From Nocardioides sp. (lineage in GTDB: Bacteria > Actinomycetota > Actinomycetes > Propionibacteriales > Nocardioidaceae), in the NCBI RefSeq assembly GCF_047607365.1, contig NZ_JASGDD010000043.1, positions 843 to 64,842 of the forward strand: a DNA stretch of 64,000 bases, written 5' to 3'. The notes under the pieces were generated by a model. That model had not been told where the DNA came from. It made no database searches and worked only from the letters and a program-made list of their open reading frames with translations. The position numbers and the translations under genes are program-made. Of the stretch, positions 41,983-51,984 are shown piece after piece; positions within the stretch are counted from its first letter, which is position 1, and each line of letters starts with the position of its first letter.

Positions 41983-42588
41983 ATGAGTGACGATGGTGCC
42001 AGCCCCGCGGGCTCCGACGACCTCGGCGCCGCGCTGGCGGCCGCGATCCAGGGCGCACGCGCGGGGCGCGGCCTCACCGTCGCGTCGCTCGCCGAGGCCT
42101 CCGGCGTCTCGCGGGCGATGATCTCCAAGGTCGAGCGCGGCGAGGCGCAGCCCACCGCGGCCCTGCTCGCGAAGCTCTCCTCGGCGCTCGGCCTGACGCT
42201 CTCCGAGCTGATCGCACGTGCGGAGGGCGGCACCGCGCGGCTCGCCCGGCGGCGCGACCAGCCGCTGTGGACCGATCCCGAGACGTCGTACGCGCGGCGG
42301 GCGGTCTCGCCGCCGGCGAGCACCGGCGTCGAGCTGGTGGAGGTCGAGCTCCCGCCCGGCGCCGAGGTGTCCTACCCGGCCGAGAGCTTCCGCTTCGTCG
42401 ACCAGCAGATCTGGGTGCTGGCCGGGCGGCTGCGGTTCCGCGAGGGCGCGGAGACGCACGAGCTCAACGCCGGCGATTGCCTGCAGCTCGGCACGCCGCA
42501 GGACTGCACGTTCGCCAACCCGTCCGCGCACGGCTGCCGCTACCTGGTCGTCCTCGGCAAGCCCGCGCTGGGCCGCCGCGCGCTCTGA
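41983..42588 (+). CDS. XRE-family HTH regulator with C-terminal cupin domain
   Basis: ATG 41983 within ORF 41284..42588(+). HTH LTVASLAEASGVSRAMISKVERGEAQPT. The cupin part is QQIWVLAGRLRFREGAETHELNAGDCLQ. Confidence 0.85.
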   Translation: MSDDGASPAGSDDLGAALAAAIQGARAGRGLTVASLAEASGVSRAMISKVERGEAQPTAALLAKLSSALGLTLSELIARAEGGTARLARRRDQPLWTDPETSYARRAVSPPASTGVELVEVELPPGAEVSYPAESFRFVDQQIWVLAGRLRFREGAETHELNAGDCLQLGTPQDCTFANPSAHGCRYLVVLGKPALGRRAL

Positions 42589-42600
42589 GAGCGCGTTCGG

Positions 42601-43545
42601 GTGCAGACTGACGGCGTGCCCCCACGACGCGAGCCCGAGGCGCTGGTCATCGGCGAGGCCCTCGTCGACGTCGTCCACGACGGCGCGGGCCGGGTCACCG
42701 AGCGGCCCGGCGGCAGCCCGGCGAACGTCGCCGTCGGTCTCGCCCGGCTCGGCCGGCCCACGGCCCTGCTCACCGACCTCGGCGAGGACGCGTACGGCGA
42801 CCGGCTGGTCGCCCACCTCGAGAGCGAGGGCGTCCACCTGCTGGCCGGACGGCGGCCGGGGAGGCGGACGTCGTCGGCGACGGCGCGCATCGGGAGCGAC
42901 GGGTCCGCGTCGTACGTCTTCGACCTGAGCTGGGATCCGCCCGCGCCCGTCTCCGCCGGAGCGCCGCGCGTCGTCCACACGGGCTCGCTCGGAGCCGTGC
43001 TCGAGCCGGGCGCCGCGACCGTGCTCGCGCTGCTCGACCGGCTGCGGCCCACGGCGACCGTGAGCTACGACCTCAACGTCCGGCTGGCGGCGATGGGGAC
43101 GCGCGAGGAGGTGCGCCGCCGGGTCGAGGCGGTGACGGCGCGGGCGGATGTGGTGAAGGCCTCCGACGAGGATCTCGAGAGCCTCTTCCCCGGCCAGGAC
43201 CTGGTGTCGAGCGCGCGGTTCCTGCTCGACCTCGGGCCGGCGGCCGTCATCGTGACGTGCGGCGGCGAGGGCGCCCGCTGCCTGACCGGCTCGGACGAGA
43301 CGTCGGTGCCGGCGGTGCGGGCGACCGTGGCCGACACGATCGGGGCCGGCGACTCGTTCTGCGGCGGGGTGATCGACCGGCTCTGGGAGCTCGACCTTCT
43401 CGGCGCCGGAGCCCGCGAGCGACTGCGCGGGCTGGACGCCGCGACCTGGCAGGACGTGCTCGCCCATGCGGCCGCGGTGGCCGCGGTGACGGTCAGCCGA
43501 CCGGGTGCCGATCCGCCGACGCGAGCCGAGCTGGCCCACCGCTGA
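42601..43545 (+). CDS. PfkB-family carbohydrate kinase
   Basis: 314 aa, GTG start. GGSPANVAVGLARLG, and the C-terminal DTIGAGDSFCGG motif typical of PfkB kinases. Confidence 0.85.
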   Translation: MQTDGVPPRREPEALVIGEALVDVVHDGAGRVTERPGGSPANVAVGLARLGRPTALLTDLGEDAYGDRLVAHLESEGVHLLAGRRPGRRTSSATARIGSDGSASYVFDLSWDPPAPVSAGAPRVVHTGSLGAVLEPGAATVLALLDRLRPTATVSYDLNVRLAAMGTREEVRRRVEAVTARADVVKASDEDLESLFPGQDLVSSARFLLDLGPAAVIVTCGGEGARCLTGSDETSVPAVRATVADTIGAGDSFCGGVIDRLWELDLLGAGARERLRGLDAATWQDVLAHAAAVAAVTVSRPGADPPTRAELAHR

Positions 43546-44707
43546 ACCGCGGATCCGGGCTCGACAGCCGCTCGTCCACGGCCGCGGGCGCGAGGACGTG
43601 GTCGAGCGCCAGCGCGGCGCAGCCGATCAGGCCGGCCGAGTCGCCGTGGGCGGCGGGCAGGAACTGGAGGTCGCGGGTGGCCAGCGCGGTCGACCGCGCG
43701 TACACGCTCTCGCGGACGCCGGCGGCGTAGACCTCGAAGGCCGCGCCCATGTCGCCGCCGAGGACGACGGCCTCGGGGTTGAGCAGGTTGATCGCGACGG
43801 CGAGCACCTCGCCGAGCTCGCGACCCGACTCGCGCAGGAGGTTGCGGGCGACCGAGTCGCCGGCGAGCGCCATCGCGACGAGGTCGCGGACGTGCCCGGC
43901 GGTGCGGCCGGAGTCGTTGAACGCGTTGACCAGCGCCCAGCCGCCGGCCACCGACTCGAGGCAGCCGGCGGCGCCGCACCGGCAGGGCAGGTCGCCGGCC
44001 CCGATCCGGGTGTGCCCGATCTCCCCCGCGGCGCCGAGGCCGCCGGTGAGCACCCGGCCGTCGGCCACGACGCCCATCCCGAGACCCGTCGAGGCCTTCA
44101 CGACCAGCAGGTCGCGATAGGGCGTGCCGGAGAAGAGCTCGGCGCGGGCCATCGTGTCGGCGTCGTTGGCGAGGAAGACGGGCGCGTCGGTGAGCGTCCG
44201 CAGGAACGGCACCAGCTCGACGCCGTCCCAGCCGCCCATGACGGGCGAGTCGACGCTCACCCGCCGGCGCTCGTCCACGACCCCGGGCAGGCTGATGCCG
44301 ACCCCGGCGATCGGCAGGTCGATCGGGGCCACCATCGCCCGGAGGCGCTCGACGACGAGCGGCATCAGCTCCTCGGCCCCGACGCCGACCTCGTGGTCGC
44401 GGGTGTCGCCAGCGAGCTCACGGCCGACGAGGTCGAAGACCGCGAGCTGGCTGCGGCTGCGGCCGATGGCGACGGCGAGGACCACACCGGCGTCGGCCCG
44501 GAACCGCAGCGCCCCCGCGGGGCGGCCGCCGGTCGGCGCCTGCTCGTGGCCCTCCTCGATCAGGCCCGCCTCCTCCAGCGCGGCGAGGCGGGCCCCGACG
44601 GCCGTGCGCGAGAGGCCCGAGAGCCGCTGGAGGTCGGCGCGGGTGCGCGCGCGTCCGGCACGGAGGTGGTCGAGGAGGCCGCCTGCGGTGGCGGGCGCGT
44701 CGGGCAT
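43493..44707 (-). CDS. ROK-family transcriptional regulator
   Basis: ATG 44707 ([50 protein letters not shown], wHTH). ROK body with [24 protein letters not shown]. Confidence 0.85.
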   Translation of the reverse strand: MPDAPATAGGLLDHLRAGRARTRADLQRLSGLSRTAVGARLAALEEAGLIEEGHEQAPTGGRPAGALRFRADAGVVLAVAIGRSRSQLAVFDLVGRELAGDTRDHEVGVGAEELMPLVVERLRAMVAPIDLPIAGVGISLPGVVDERRRVSVDSPVMGGWDGVELVPFLRTLTDAPVFLANDADTMARAELFSGTPYRDLLVVKASTGLGMGVVADGRVLTGGLGAAGEIGHTRIGAGDLPCRCGAAGCLESVAGGWALVNAFNDSGRTAGHVRDLVAMALAGDSVARNLLRESGRELGEVLAVAINLLNPEAVVLGGDMGAAFEVYAAGVRESVYARSTALATRDLQFLPAAHGDSAGLIGCAALALDHVLAPAAVDERLSSPDPRFSGGPARLASADRHPVG

Positions 44708-44783
44708 GGCGGAGATCCTAGCCACTACTTTTGTCGAAAAAATACCTAACCAGTGCTTGTATCGATCCAAAGTCTCTGGAACC

Positions 44784-46766
44784 GTGGGTCACGTGACCCC
44801 CGACACGCTCCGTCCCCCGGTCGACCCGACCCTCGCCGCCGTCACCGCGCGCCTCGTCGAGCGCAGCGCGCCCACCCGCTCCGCCTATCTCGCCCGGATC
44901 GCCGAGGCACGCCTCGCGGGCCCGGCCCGCGGGCGGCTCGGCTGCGGCAACCTCGCCCACGGCTTCGCTGCCGCGCCGATCGAGCACAAGCGCGAGCTTG
45001 AGATCACCGCGCCGCAGGGCAAGCCCAACGTCGCGATCGTGACCAGCTACAACGACATGCTCTCCGCGCACGCGCCGTACGCCGACTACCCGCCCGTCCT
45101 CAAGCACGCCGTCACCCGTGCCGGCGGCATCGCCCAGGTCGCCGGCGGGGTGCCCGCGATGTGCGACGGCATCACCCAGGGCCGGCCCGGCATGCAGCTC
45201 TCCCTCTTCAGCCGCGAGGTGATCGCGATGTCGACCGCCGTCGCGCTCTCCCACGACATGTTCGACGGCGCCCTCATGCTCGGCGTCTGCGACAAGATCG
45301 TCCCCGGCCTGATGATCGGCGCCCTCTCCTTCGGCCACCTGCCCACCGCGTTCGTGCCCGCGGGCCCGATGACGTCGGGGCTGCCCAACGCCGAGAAGTC
45401 GCGGATCCGGCAGCTGCACGCCGAGGGCAAGGTCAGCCGCGAGGCACTGCTGGCCGCGGAGTCGGCGTCCTACCACTCCTCCGGCACGTGCACCTTCTAC
45501 GGGACCGCCAACTCCAACCAGCTCCTCATGGAGGTGCTCGGCCTGCACCTGCCCGGCTCCTCCTTCGTCAACCCGGGCACAGAGCTGCGCGATGCCCTCA
45601 CCCGAGCGACCGCCGCCCAGCTCACCTCCCTCACCCTGGGCGGCGGGCCCGGGATCGGCGAGCTGGTCGACGAGAAGGCGATCCTCAACGCCTGCGTCGC
45701 CCTGCTCGCGTCGGGCGGCTCCACCAACCACACGATGCACCTCGTCGCCATCGCCCGCGCGGCGGGCATCGCGCTCACCTGGGACGACCTCTCCGACCTG
45801 TCGGCGGTCGTGCCGCTGCTCGCCCGGATCTACCCCAACGGCGAGGCCGACGTGAACCACTTCCACGCCGCCGGCGGCATCGGGCTCATGATCCGGAGCC
45901 TGCTCGAGGCCGGTCTGATGCACGAGGACGTCGAGACGATCCTCGGCCGCGGCCTCTCCCGCTACACCGCCGAGCCGAGGCTCGACCCCGAGGGGCTCGG
46001 CTCCCACCGCACCGCGCCCGGAGTCGTCTTCGTGGACGGGCCCGCGACGTCGTACGACGTCGACGTGCTGCGCCCGGTGAGCGAGCCGTTCTCCGCCGAC
46101 GGCGGCCTGCGGGTGCTCCACGGCCCGCTCGGCACGTCGGTGATCAAGACCTCGGCGGTGAAGCCGGAGCACCGGGTCGTCACGGCCCCCGCCATGGTCT
46201 TCGACGACCAGGCCGACTTCCTCGCGGCCTTCGCCTCCGGCGCCTGCGACGACCGCGACCTCGTCGCCGTCATCCGCTACCAGGGGCCGGCGGCCAACGG
46301 CATGCCGGAGCTGCACAAGCTGACGCCCGCGCTCGGCGTCCTCCAGGACCGCGGGGCCCGCGTCGCGATCGTCACCGACGGCCGGATGTCCGGTGCGTCC
46401 GGCAAGGTCCCCGCCGCCATCCACGTCACACCCGAGGCGGCGCTCGGCGGGATGCTCGCCAAGGTCCGCGACGGCGACCTGGTCACCGTCGACGCCGAGC
46501 GCGGCGTGCTGACGGTCGACGTGCCGGCCGACGAGCTCGCCTTCCGCCCCGCCACCGGCCACGCCCTCTCCGACGAGGAGTGGGTCGGCACCGGGCGCGA
46601 GCTCTTCGCTTCCTTCCGCCACGCCGTCGGCCGGGCGGACCAGGGCGCGTCGGTCTTCGCCGGCTCCCGGGTCGTCCAGCCGGCGGCGCGGCCGCGGCAC
46701 CCCGGCATCCCCACCGCCGTCGGCGTCTCCACGAACGCCCGCACCAAGGAGTCCTCCGTTGCCTGA
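44784..46766 (+). CDS. edd: Phosphogluconate dehydratase (Entner-Doudoroff)
   Basis: In ORF 44124..46766(+). [84 protein letters not shown] closely parallel E. coli Edd. GTG start at 44784 or 44793. Confidence 0.88.
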   Translation: MGHVTPDTLRPPVDPTLAAVTARLVERSAPTRSAYLARIAEARLAGPARGRLGCGNLAHGFAAAPIEHKRELEITAPQGKPNVAIVTSYNDMLSAHAPYADYPPVLKHAVTRAGGIAQVAGGVPAMCDGITQGRPGMQLSLFSREVIAMSTAVALSHDMFDGALMLGVCDKIVPGLMIGALSFGHLPTAFVPAGPMTSGLPNAEKSRIRQLHAEGKVSREALLAAESASYHSSGTCTFYGTANSNQLLMEVLGLHLPGSSFVNPGTELRDALTRATAAQLTSLTLGGGPGIGELVDEKAILNACVALLASGGSTNHTMHLVAIARAAGIALTWDDLSDLSAVVPLLARIYPNGEADVNHFHAAGGIGLMIRSLLEAGLMHEDVETILGRGLSRYTAEPRLDPEGLGSHRTAPGVVFVDGPATSYDVDVLRPVSEPFSADGGLRVLHGPLGTSVIKTSAVKPEHRVVTAPAMVFDDQADFLAAFASGACDDRDLVAVIRYQGPAANGMPELHKLTPALGVLQDRGARVAIVTDGRMSGASGKVPAAIHVTPEAALGGMLAKVRDGDLVTVDAERGVLTVDVPADELAFRPATGHALSDEEWVGTGRELFASFRHAVGRADQGASVFAGSRVVQPAARPRHPGIPTAVGVSTNARTKESSVA

Positions 46767-47421
46767 GCCCACCACGTCAGGTCACGCCGACCTGCTCTCG
46801 CTCTCCCCCGTCGTCCCCGTCGTCGTCATCGACGACCTCGACCACGCGGTGCCGGTGGCCCGTGCGCTCGTCGCGGGCGGCGTGCCGGTCATCGAGCTCA
46901 CCCTCCGCACCCCGGTCGCGCTCGACGCCATCCGCGCCATCGCGGACGAGGTCCCCGAGATCACCCTCGGCGCGGGCACCGTGGTCACCCCCGAGCTGGC
47001 CAAGCAGGCCGCCGCCGCGGGCGCGAGCTTCCTGGTCTCGCCCGGCACCACGCCACGACTGCTGGACGGGATGTTCGAGACCGGGCTGCCCTTCCTGCCC
47101 GGCACCGCGACGGTGTCGGAGATCCTGGCCATCCTCGAGGCGGGGATCACGCAGATGAAGTTCTTCCCGGCGGCGGCCATCGGCGGGGCGACCTTCCTCG
47201 CCTCGCTCAGCACCGTCGTGCCGACGGCGAGGTTCTGTCCGACCGGCGGGATCCGTCCCGCCAACGCGACGGCGTACCTGGACCTGCCCAACGTCGGCTG
47301 CGTGGGCGGCACCTGGCTCACCCCGCCCGCGGCCCTCGCCGGCGGTGACTGGGCGGAGATCACCAGGCTCGCCGCGGAGGCAGCGTCGCTCGGCTCATCC
47401 GCATCGCCCGGAGCCGCATAG
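46759..47421 (+). CDS. eda: KDPG / KHG aldolase
   Basis: 220 aa. TTG start 7 nt after AAGGAG, overlapping the edd end by 8 nt. [58 protein letters not shown]. Confidence 0.88.
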   Translation: MPEPTTSGHADLLSLSPVVPVVVIDDLDHAVPVARALVAGGVPVIELTLRTPVALDAIRAIADEVPEITLGAGTVVTPELAKQAAAAGASFLVSPGTTPRLLDGMFETGLPFLPGTATVSEILAILEAGITQMKFFPAAAIGGATFLASLSTVVPTARFCPTGGIRPANATAYLDLPNVGCVGGTWLTPPAALAGGDWAEITRLAAEAASLGSSASPGAA

Positions 47422-47449
47422 CCCGGGACCGACCGGGTAGTCGGCAGGT

Positions 47450-49042
47450 ATGACCGACCTCCCGCAGCCCGACGACGGCACGTCCATCAAGACCGCTCCC
47501 TCACCGGAGGCCGAGCTCGGCTCGACCACCGACACCGGCGCGCCCGCGTCGAGCGACCGCAACTCGCTGACCGTCGGGCCGGACGGCCCGATCCTGTTGC
47601 ACGACGTGCACTTCCTCAATCAGATGGCGCACTTCAACCGCGAGCGGGTGCCCGAGCGCAACGTGCACGCCAAGGGGTCGGGCGCGTTCGGGTTCTTCGA
47701 GACGACGGAGGACGTGTCGGCGTACACGAGGGCGGGGCTCTTCCAGCCCGGCGTCCGCACGGACATGCTCGCTCGGTTCTCGACGGTGGCCGGCGAGCAG
47801 GGCTCGCCCGACACGTGGCGCGACCCGCGCGGCTTCGCGCTGAAGTTCTACACCGACGAGGGCAACTACGACCTCGTCGGCAACAACACCCCGGTCTTCT
47901 TCATCCGCGACACGATGAAGTTCCCGCACTTCATCCGCTCGCAGAAGCGACGCGGCGGCACCGGTCTGCGCGACAACAACATGCAGTGGGACTTCTGGTC
48001 GCTCAACCCGGAGTCGGCGCACCAGGTGACCTACCTGATGGGCGACCGCGGCATCCCGAAGTCCTATCGCCACATGAACGGCTACGGCTCGCACACCTAC
48101 CTGTGGGTCAACGCCGCTGGGGAGAGGCACTGGGTGAAGTACCACTTCCACTCGAACCAGGGCGTTCAGGGCCTCACGGACGAGGACGCCACGAGGATCG
48201 CCGGCGAGGACGCCGACTTCCACCGTCGTGACCTGATCGAGGCGATCGACCGCGGCGACTTCCCGTCGTGGACCCTGTCGGTCCAGCTGATGCCGTACGA
48301 CGAGGCGAAGACCTACCACCTGAACCCGTTCGACCTCACCAAGATCTGGCCGCACAGCGACTTCCCGCTCGTGAAGGTCGGCACGATGACGCTCGACAAG
48401 AACCCCGACAACTTCTTCGCCCAGATCGAGCAGGCGGCCTTCGAGCCGTCCGCGCTCGTGCCCGGGATCGGGTTCAGCCCGGACAAGATGCTGCTCGGCC
48501 GTGCCTTCGCGTACGCCGACACCCACCGTCACCGGATCGGCGCCAACTACCTCCAGCTGCCCGTGAACCGTCCCCGGGTCGAGGTGAACACCTACACCCA
48601 GGACGGGCCGATGGCCTACGACCACCACGGCGACGCCCCGGTCTACGCGCCCAACTCCTTCGGCCGCGGCTATTCGGACAACGTCGGCGAGGTCGACCCG
48701 GGCTGGGAGACCGACGGCGAGATGGTCCGGCAGGCCTACACGCTGCGCGAGGACGACGACGACTTCACCCAGCCCGGGATCCTGGTCCGCGAGGTGTGGG
48801 ACGACGAGCAGCGCGACGCGTTCGTGAAGACCGTCGCCGGGCACCTGCTCGGCGGGGTCACCGGCGAGGTCCTGGATCGCGCCTTCGCGTACTGGAAGGC
48901 GGTCGACCCCGACTGCGGCAAGCGGATCGAGGATCTGGTCCGCCAGGACCCCGACCTCGGCGCCCCCGGCGCCCAGGACGACCAGGCCAAGGAGGACGCC
49001 CAGGACCCGATCGTCGAGGACGACACCAACGCCGCGCACTAG
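47450..49042 (+). CDS. Monofunctional haem catalase
   Basis: 530 aa. [70 protein letters not shown]. Confidence 0.93.
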   Translation: MTDLPQPDDGTSIKTAPSPEAELGSTTDTGAPASSDRNSLTVGPDGPILLHDVHFLNQMAHFNRERVPERNVHAKGSGAFGFFETTEDVSAYTRAGLFQPGVRTDMLARFSTVAGEQGSPDTWRDPRGFALKFYTDEGNYDLVGNNTPVFFIRDTMKFPHFIRSQKRRGGTGLRDNNMQWDFWSLNPESAHQVTYLMGDRGIPKSYRHMNGYGSHTYLWVNAAGERHWVKYHFHSNQGVQGLTDEDATRIAGEDADFHRRDLIEAIDRGDFPSWTLSVQLMPYDEAKTYHLNPFDLTKIWPHSDFPLVKVGTMTLDKNPDNFFAQIEQAAFEPSALVPGIGFSPDKMLLGRAFAYADTHRHRIGANYLQLPVNRPRVEVNTYTQDGPMAYDHHGDAPVYAPNSFGRGYSDNVGEVDPGWETDGEMVRQAYTLREDDDDFTQPGILVREVWDDEQRDAFVKTVAGHLLGGVTGEVLDRAFAYWKAVDPDCGKRIEDLVRQDPDLGAPGAQDDQAKEDAQDPIVEDDTNAAH

Positions 49043-49050
49043 CTCACCAC

Positions 49051-49219
49051 GCCGAGTGGGGCCTTGGATCAGGTCGAGTGGGGCCTTAGATCAGGCCGAA
49101 TGGGGCTTTAGATCATGCGAGTGGGGTTTTGGCGTCGTACGGCGAAGCCAAAGCCCCCACTCGGCGGATCCAAGGCCCCACTCGCGGGATCCAAGGCCCC
49201 ACTCGGCGGATCTAAAGCC
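49051..49219. repeat. ~170-bp palindrome built from ~22-bp GCCGAGTGGGGCCTTGGATCAG units (four forward, three to four inverted)
   Basis: Forward units start near 49051, 49073, 49095 and 49117. The centre is GTCGTACG (~49134-49141). Inverted units GGATCCAAGGCCCCACTCG(C/G)(G/C) follow up to 49219. The structure fills the whole convergent catalase/aldehyde-dehydrogenase gap. Confidence 0.85.
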
Positions 49220-50566
49220 CTATTCGATGATGCGGATGAGCTTCTTGTTCACGAACTCCTCGATGCCGAGGGTGCCGAGTTCGCGACCGAAGCCGGAGCG
49301 CTTGATGCCGCCGAAGGGGAGCTCGACGCCGTCGGCGAGGACGCCGTTGACGAAGACCATGCCGGCCTCGATCCTCTCCGCGACCCGGGCAGCCTGCTCG
49401 GCGTCGGGGGTGAAGACGTAGGAGCCGAGGCCGAACGGCGTGTCGTTGGCGATCCGCACGGCCTCGTCCTCGTCGGCGGCCTTGAACACCATGGCTACCG
49501 GCCCGAAGAGCTCCTCGTAGTAGGCGTCGTTCTCGGGCGTCACGCCGGTGAGGACGCCGGTCGGGAAGAACGCCCCGCGGCGCTCCCCGGCCGATGCCAG
49601 GGAGGCGCCGCCCGCGACCGCGGCATCCACCTGCTCCTGCAGCCGCGACGCGGCCGCCTCCGAGGAGAGCGGGGTGATGCCCTCGGCGCTCGCGAGCACC
49701 TTCTCGGTGAACTTCGCGACGAAGCTGTCGTAGAGGTCGGCCGCGACGACGAAGCGCTTGGCCGCGTTGCAGGCCTGGCCGGTGTTGTCCAGGCGCGCGG
49801 CGACGGCGGCCTCGACGGTCGCGTCGAGGTCCTCGGAGCCCAGCACGATGAAGGGGTCGGAGCCGCCCAGCTCGAGCACGACCTTCTTGAGGTTGCGCCC
49901 GGCGATCTCCGCGACGGCTGCGCCCGCCCGCTCCGAGCCGGTGAGCGAGACGCCCGCGACCCGCGGGTCCTCGATGATCGTGGCGACCTGCTCGTTGGTG
50001 GCGTAGAGGTTGACGTAGGCGCCCTTCGGGAACCCTGCGTCGTCGAAGATCTGCTGGATCGCGGCGGCCGACTCGGGGCACTGCGGCGCGTGCTTGAGGA
50101 TGATCGGGTTGCCCGTGCACAGGTTGGGGCCGGCGAAGCGGGCGACCTGGTAGTAGGGGAAGTTCCACGGCATGATCCCCAGCAGCACGCCGTACGGCGA
50201 GCGCTTGACCACCGCGGAGCCGGAGCCGTCCAGCAGCTCGATGGGCTGGTCGGCCAGCAGCTTCTCGGCGTTGTCGGCGTAGTACGCGAAGATCGCGCCC
50301 GCGAACTCGGCCTCGCCGACGGCGTCCGCGAGCGGCTTGCCCATCTCGCGGACGATGATCGCGCCGAGCTCCTCCTTGCGCTCGTCGTGGAGCTCGGCGA
50401 CCCGCTTGATCAGGGCCGCGCGCTCGGCGACGGTCGAGGTCTTCGACCAGGTGCGCCAGGCCTCGGTGGTGGCGGCGAGAGCCGCCTCGACGTCCGCGTC
50501 GGTCGCGGTCGGGAACTCCTGGACAACCTCACCCGTGGCGGGGTCCGTGACGGCGTAAACGCTCAT
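49220..50566 (-). CDS. NAD(P)-dependent aldehyde dehydrogenase, succinate-semialdehyde dehydrogenase-like
   Basis: 448 aa. PWNFPYYQV, KVVLELGGSDPFIVL, and a catalytic Cys context NTGQACNAAKRF. Confidence 0.88.
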   Translation of the reverse strand: MSVYAVTDPATGEVVQEFPTATDADVEAALAATTEAWRTWSKTSTVAERAALIKRVAELHDERKEELGAIIVREMGKPLADAVGEAEFAGAIFAYYADNAEKLLADQPIELLDGSGSAVVKRSPYGVLLGIMPWNFPYYQVARFAGPNLCTGNPIILKHAPQCPESAAAIQQIFDDAGFPKGAYVNLYATNEQVATIIEDPRVAGVSLTGSERAGAAVAEIAGRNLKKVVLELGGSDPFIVLGSEDLDATVEAAVAARLDNTGQACNAAKRFVVAADLYDSFVAKFTEKVLASAEGITPLSSEAAASRLQEQVDAAVAGGASLASAGERRGAFFPTGVLTGVTPENDAYYEELFGPVAMVFKAADEDEAVRIANDTPFGLGSYVFTPDAEQAARVAERIEAGMVFVNGVLADGVELPFGGIKRSGFGRELGTLGIEEFVNKKLIRIIE

Positions 50567-50681
50567 CGGCGTCCTCGCTTCGCTGCGGGCGCCGATGAGG
50601 CTCGGAAAAGGCCGCGCTGAATGATTCGCTCGCTTCGCTCGCTCATGCGATCAGCGTAGTCACGCCGATAGAGTGAGGACC

Positions 50682-51878
50682 ATGAGCAGCTCTCCTCGCG
50701 ACCGTCGCATCTCCCAGCGGATCGGCGCCATCGCCGAGTCGGCCACGCTGAAGGTCGACGCGAAGGCGAAGGCGCTCAAGGCGGACGGGCGGCCCGTCAT
50801 CGGGTTCGGCGCCGGCGAGCCCGACTTCCCCACGCCCGGCTACATCGTCGAGGCCGCCGTCGAGGCCGCGCGCGACCCGAGGAACCACCGCTACACCCCC
50901 GCCGGCGGGCTCCCCGAGCTCAAGGCCGCCATCGTCGCCAAGACCAAGCGGGACTCCGGGCTCGACATCAGCCTCGCGCAGGTGCTCGTGACGAACGGCG
51001 GCAAGCAGGCGGTCTACGAGTCGTTCGCCGCGATGCTCGACCCCGGGGACGAGGTGCTGCTCCCGGCGCCCTACTGGACGACGTACCCCGAGTGCATCCA
51101 GCTCGCCGGCGGTGTGCCGGTGGAGGTGTTCGCCGACGAGACGCAGGGCTACAAGGTGACCGTCGAGCAGCTCGAGGCCGCGCGCACCGAGCGCACCAAG
51201 ATCCTCCTCTTCGTCTCCCCCTCCAACCCGACCGGCGCCGTCTACACCGCCGACGAGATCCGCGCGATCGGCGCGTGGGTCGCCGAGCACGAGCTGTGGG
51301 TCGTGACCGACGAGATCTACGAGCACCTGCTCTACGACGGCGTCGAGACCGGCTCGATCGCGACGCTGTGCCCCGAGATCGCCGACGACACCGTCATCCT
51401 CAACGGCGTTGCGAAGACCTACGCGATGACCGGCTGGCGGGTCGGCTGGATGATCGGCCCCGCCGACATCGTCAAGGCCGCCACCAACCTGCAGTCGCAC
51501 GCGACGTCCAACGTCGCCAACGTGTCGCAGCGCGCCGCGATCGCCGCGCTGGAGGGCGACCTCTCGGCGGTCGACGAGATGCGCACCGCCTTCGACCGGC
51601 GTCGCAAGACGATCACGGCGATGCTCAACGAGATCGACGGCGTCGAGTGCCCGCTGCCCGAGGGCGCGTTCTACGTCTACCCCTCGGTCAAGGGACTCCT
51701 CGAGCGGACCGGCATCGCGTCGTCGGCCGACCTCGCGGAGTGGATCCTCGAGCAGGTCGAGGTCGCGGTGGTCCCGGGCGAGGCGTTCGGCACGCCCGGC
51801 TACCTGCGGCTCTCCTACGCGCTCGGGGACGACGACCTCGTCGAGGGCATCACGAGATTGCAGAAGCTCTTCGCGTGA
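50682..51878 (+). CDS. aspC: Aspartate/aromatic aminotransferase (PLP class I)
   Basis: ATG 50682 ([23 protein letters not shown]), with TAGAGT 7 nt upstream (possibly leaderless). [44 protein letters not shown]. Confidence 0.9.
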   Translation: MSSSPRDRRISQRIGAIAESATLKVDAKAKALKADGRPVIGFGAGEPDFPTPGYIVEAAVEAARDPRNHRYTPAGGLPELKAAIVAKTKRDSGLDISLAQVLVTNGGKQAVYESFAAMLDPGDEVLLPAPYWTTYPECIQLAGGVPVEVFADETQGYKVTVEQLEAARTERTKILLFVSPSNPTGAVYTADEIRAIGAWVAEHELWVVTDEIYEHLLYDGVETGSIATLCPEIADDTVILNGVAKTYAMTGWRVGWMIGPADIVKAATNLQSHATSNVANVSQRAAIAALEGDLSAVDEMRTAFDRRRKTITAMLNEIDGVECPLPEGAFYVYPSVKGLLERTGIASSADLAEWILEQVEVAVVPGEAFGTPGYLRLSYALGDDDLVEGITRLQKLFA

Positions 51879-51895
51879 TCGGAGATCGCGCGTCA

Positions 51896-51984
51896 GCGCG
51901 TGTCCTGGCAAGGCGGAGGAGCGAAGGCGACCTGAGGGGCGGAGCGGTCGTCGAGCGACGACAACGCCGCCAGGGCACGCGATG
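51896..51984 (+). repeat. ~90-bp interspersed repeat, copy C (between aspC and add, ending on the add ATG)
   Basis: GCGCGTGTCCTGGCAAGGCGGAGGAGCGAAGGCGACC...GTCGAGCGACGACAACGCCGCCAGGGCACGCGATG. Terminal IR CGCGTGTCCTGGC / GCCAGGGCACGCG matches 12 of 13. Confidence 0.75.

Noticed and set aside
43493-43545. A 53-nt overlap of the convergent PfkB kinase and ROK regulator 3' ends, as a possible frameshift or pseudogene signal.
   Set aside because: Both proteins have intact family motifs up to their C-terminal regions. Short convergent overlaps from relaxed stop positions are common in high-GC genomes. No disrupted frame is evident.
44124-44783. A 220-codon N-terminal extension of edd. There are similar long extensions on the XRE-cupin (41284..), rplJ, rplK, secE and mceB/C/D/F ORFs.
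   Set aside because: The extensions overlap the neighbouring genes (for edd, the ROK regulator on the other strand) and are low complexity. Internal starts reproduce the canonical N-termini and operon-style start/stop overlaps.
49051-49219. A possible CRISPR array, because of regularly spaced ~22-bp repeats. The same question applies to 5769-5855.
   Set aside because: The units are contiguous with no unique spacers. Half of the 49-kb array is inverted relative to the other half. No cas genes are present in the window.
50574-50650. Direct GCGAAGCGAG-type repeats in the divergent aldehyde-dehydrogenase / aspC region, as a further member of the interspersed repeat families.
   Set aside because: Only short (~10 nt) matches are present. 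The block order does not align with either repeat family, so the match may be compositional.
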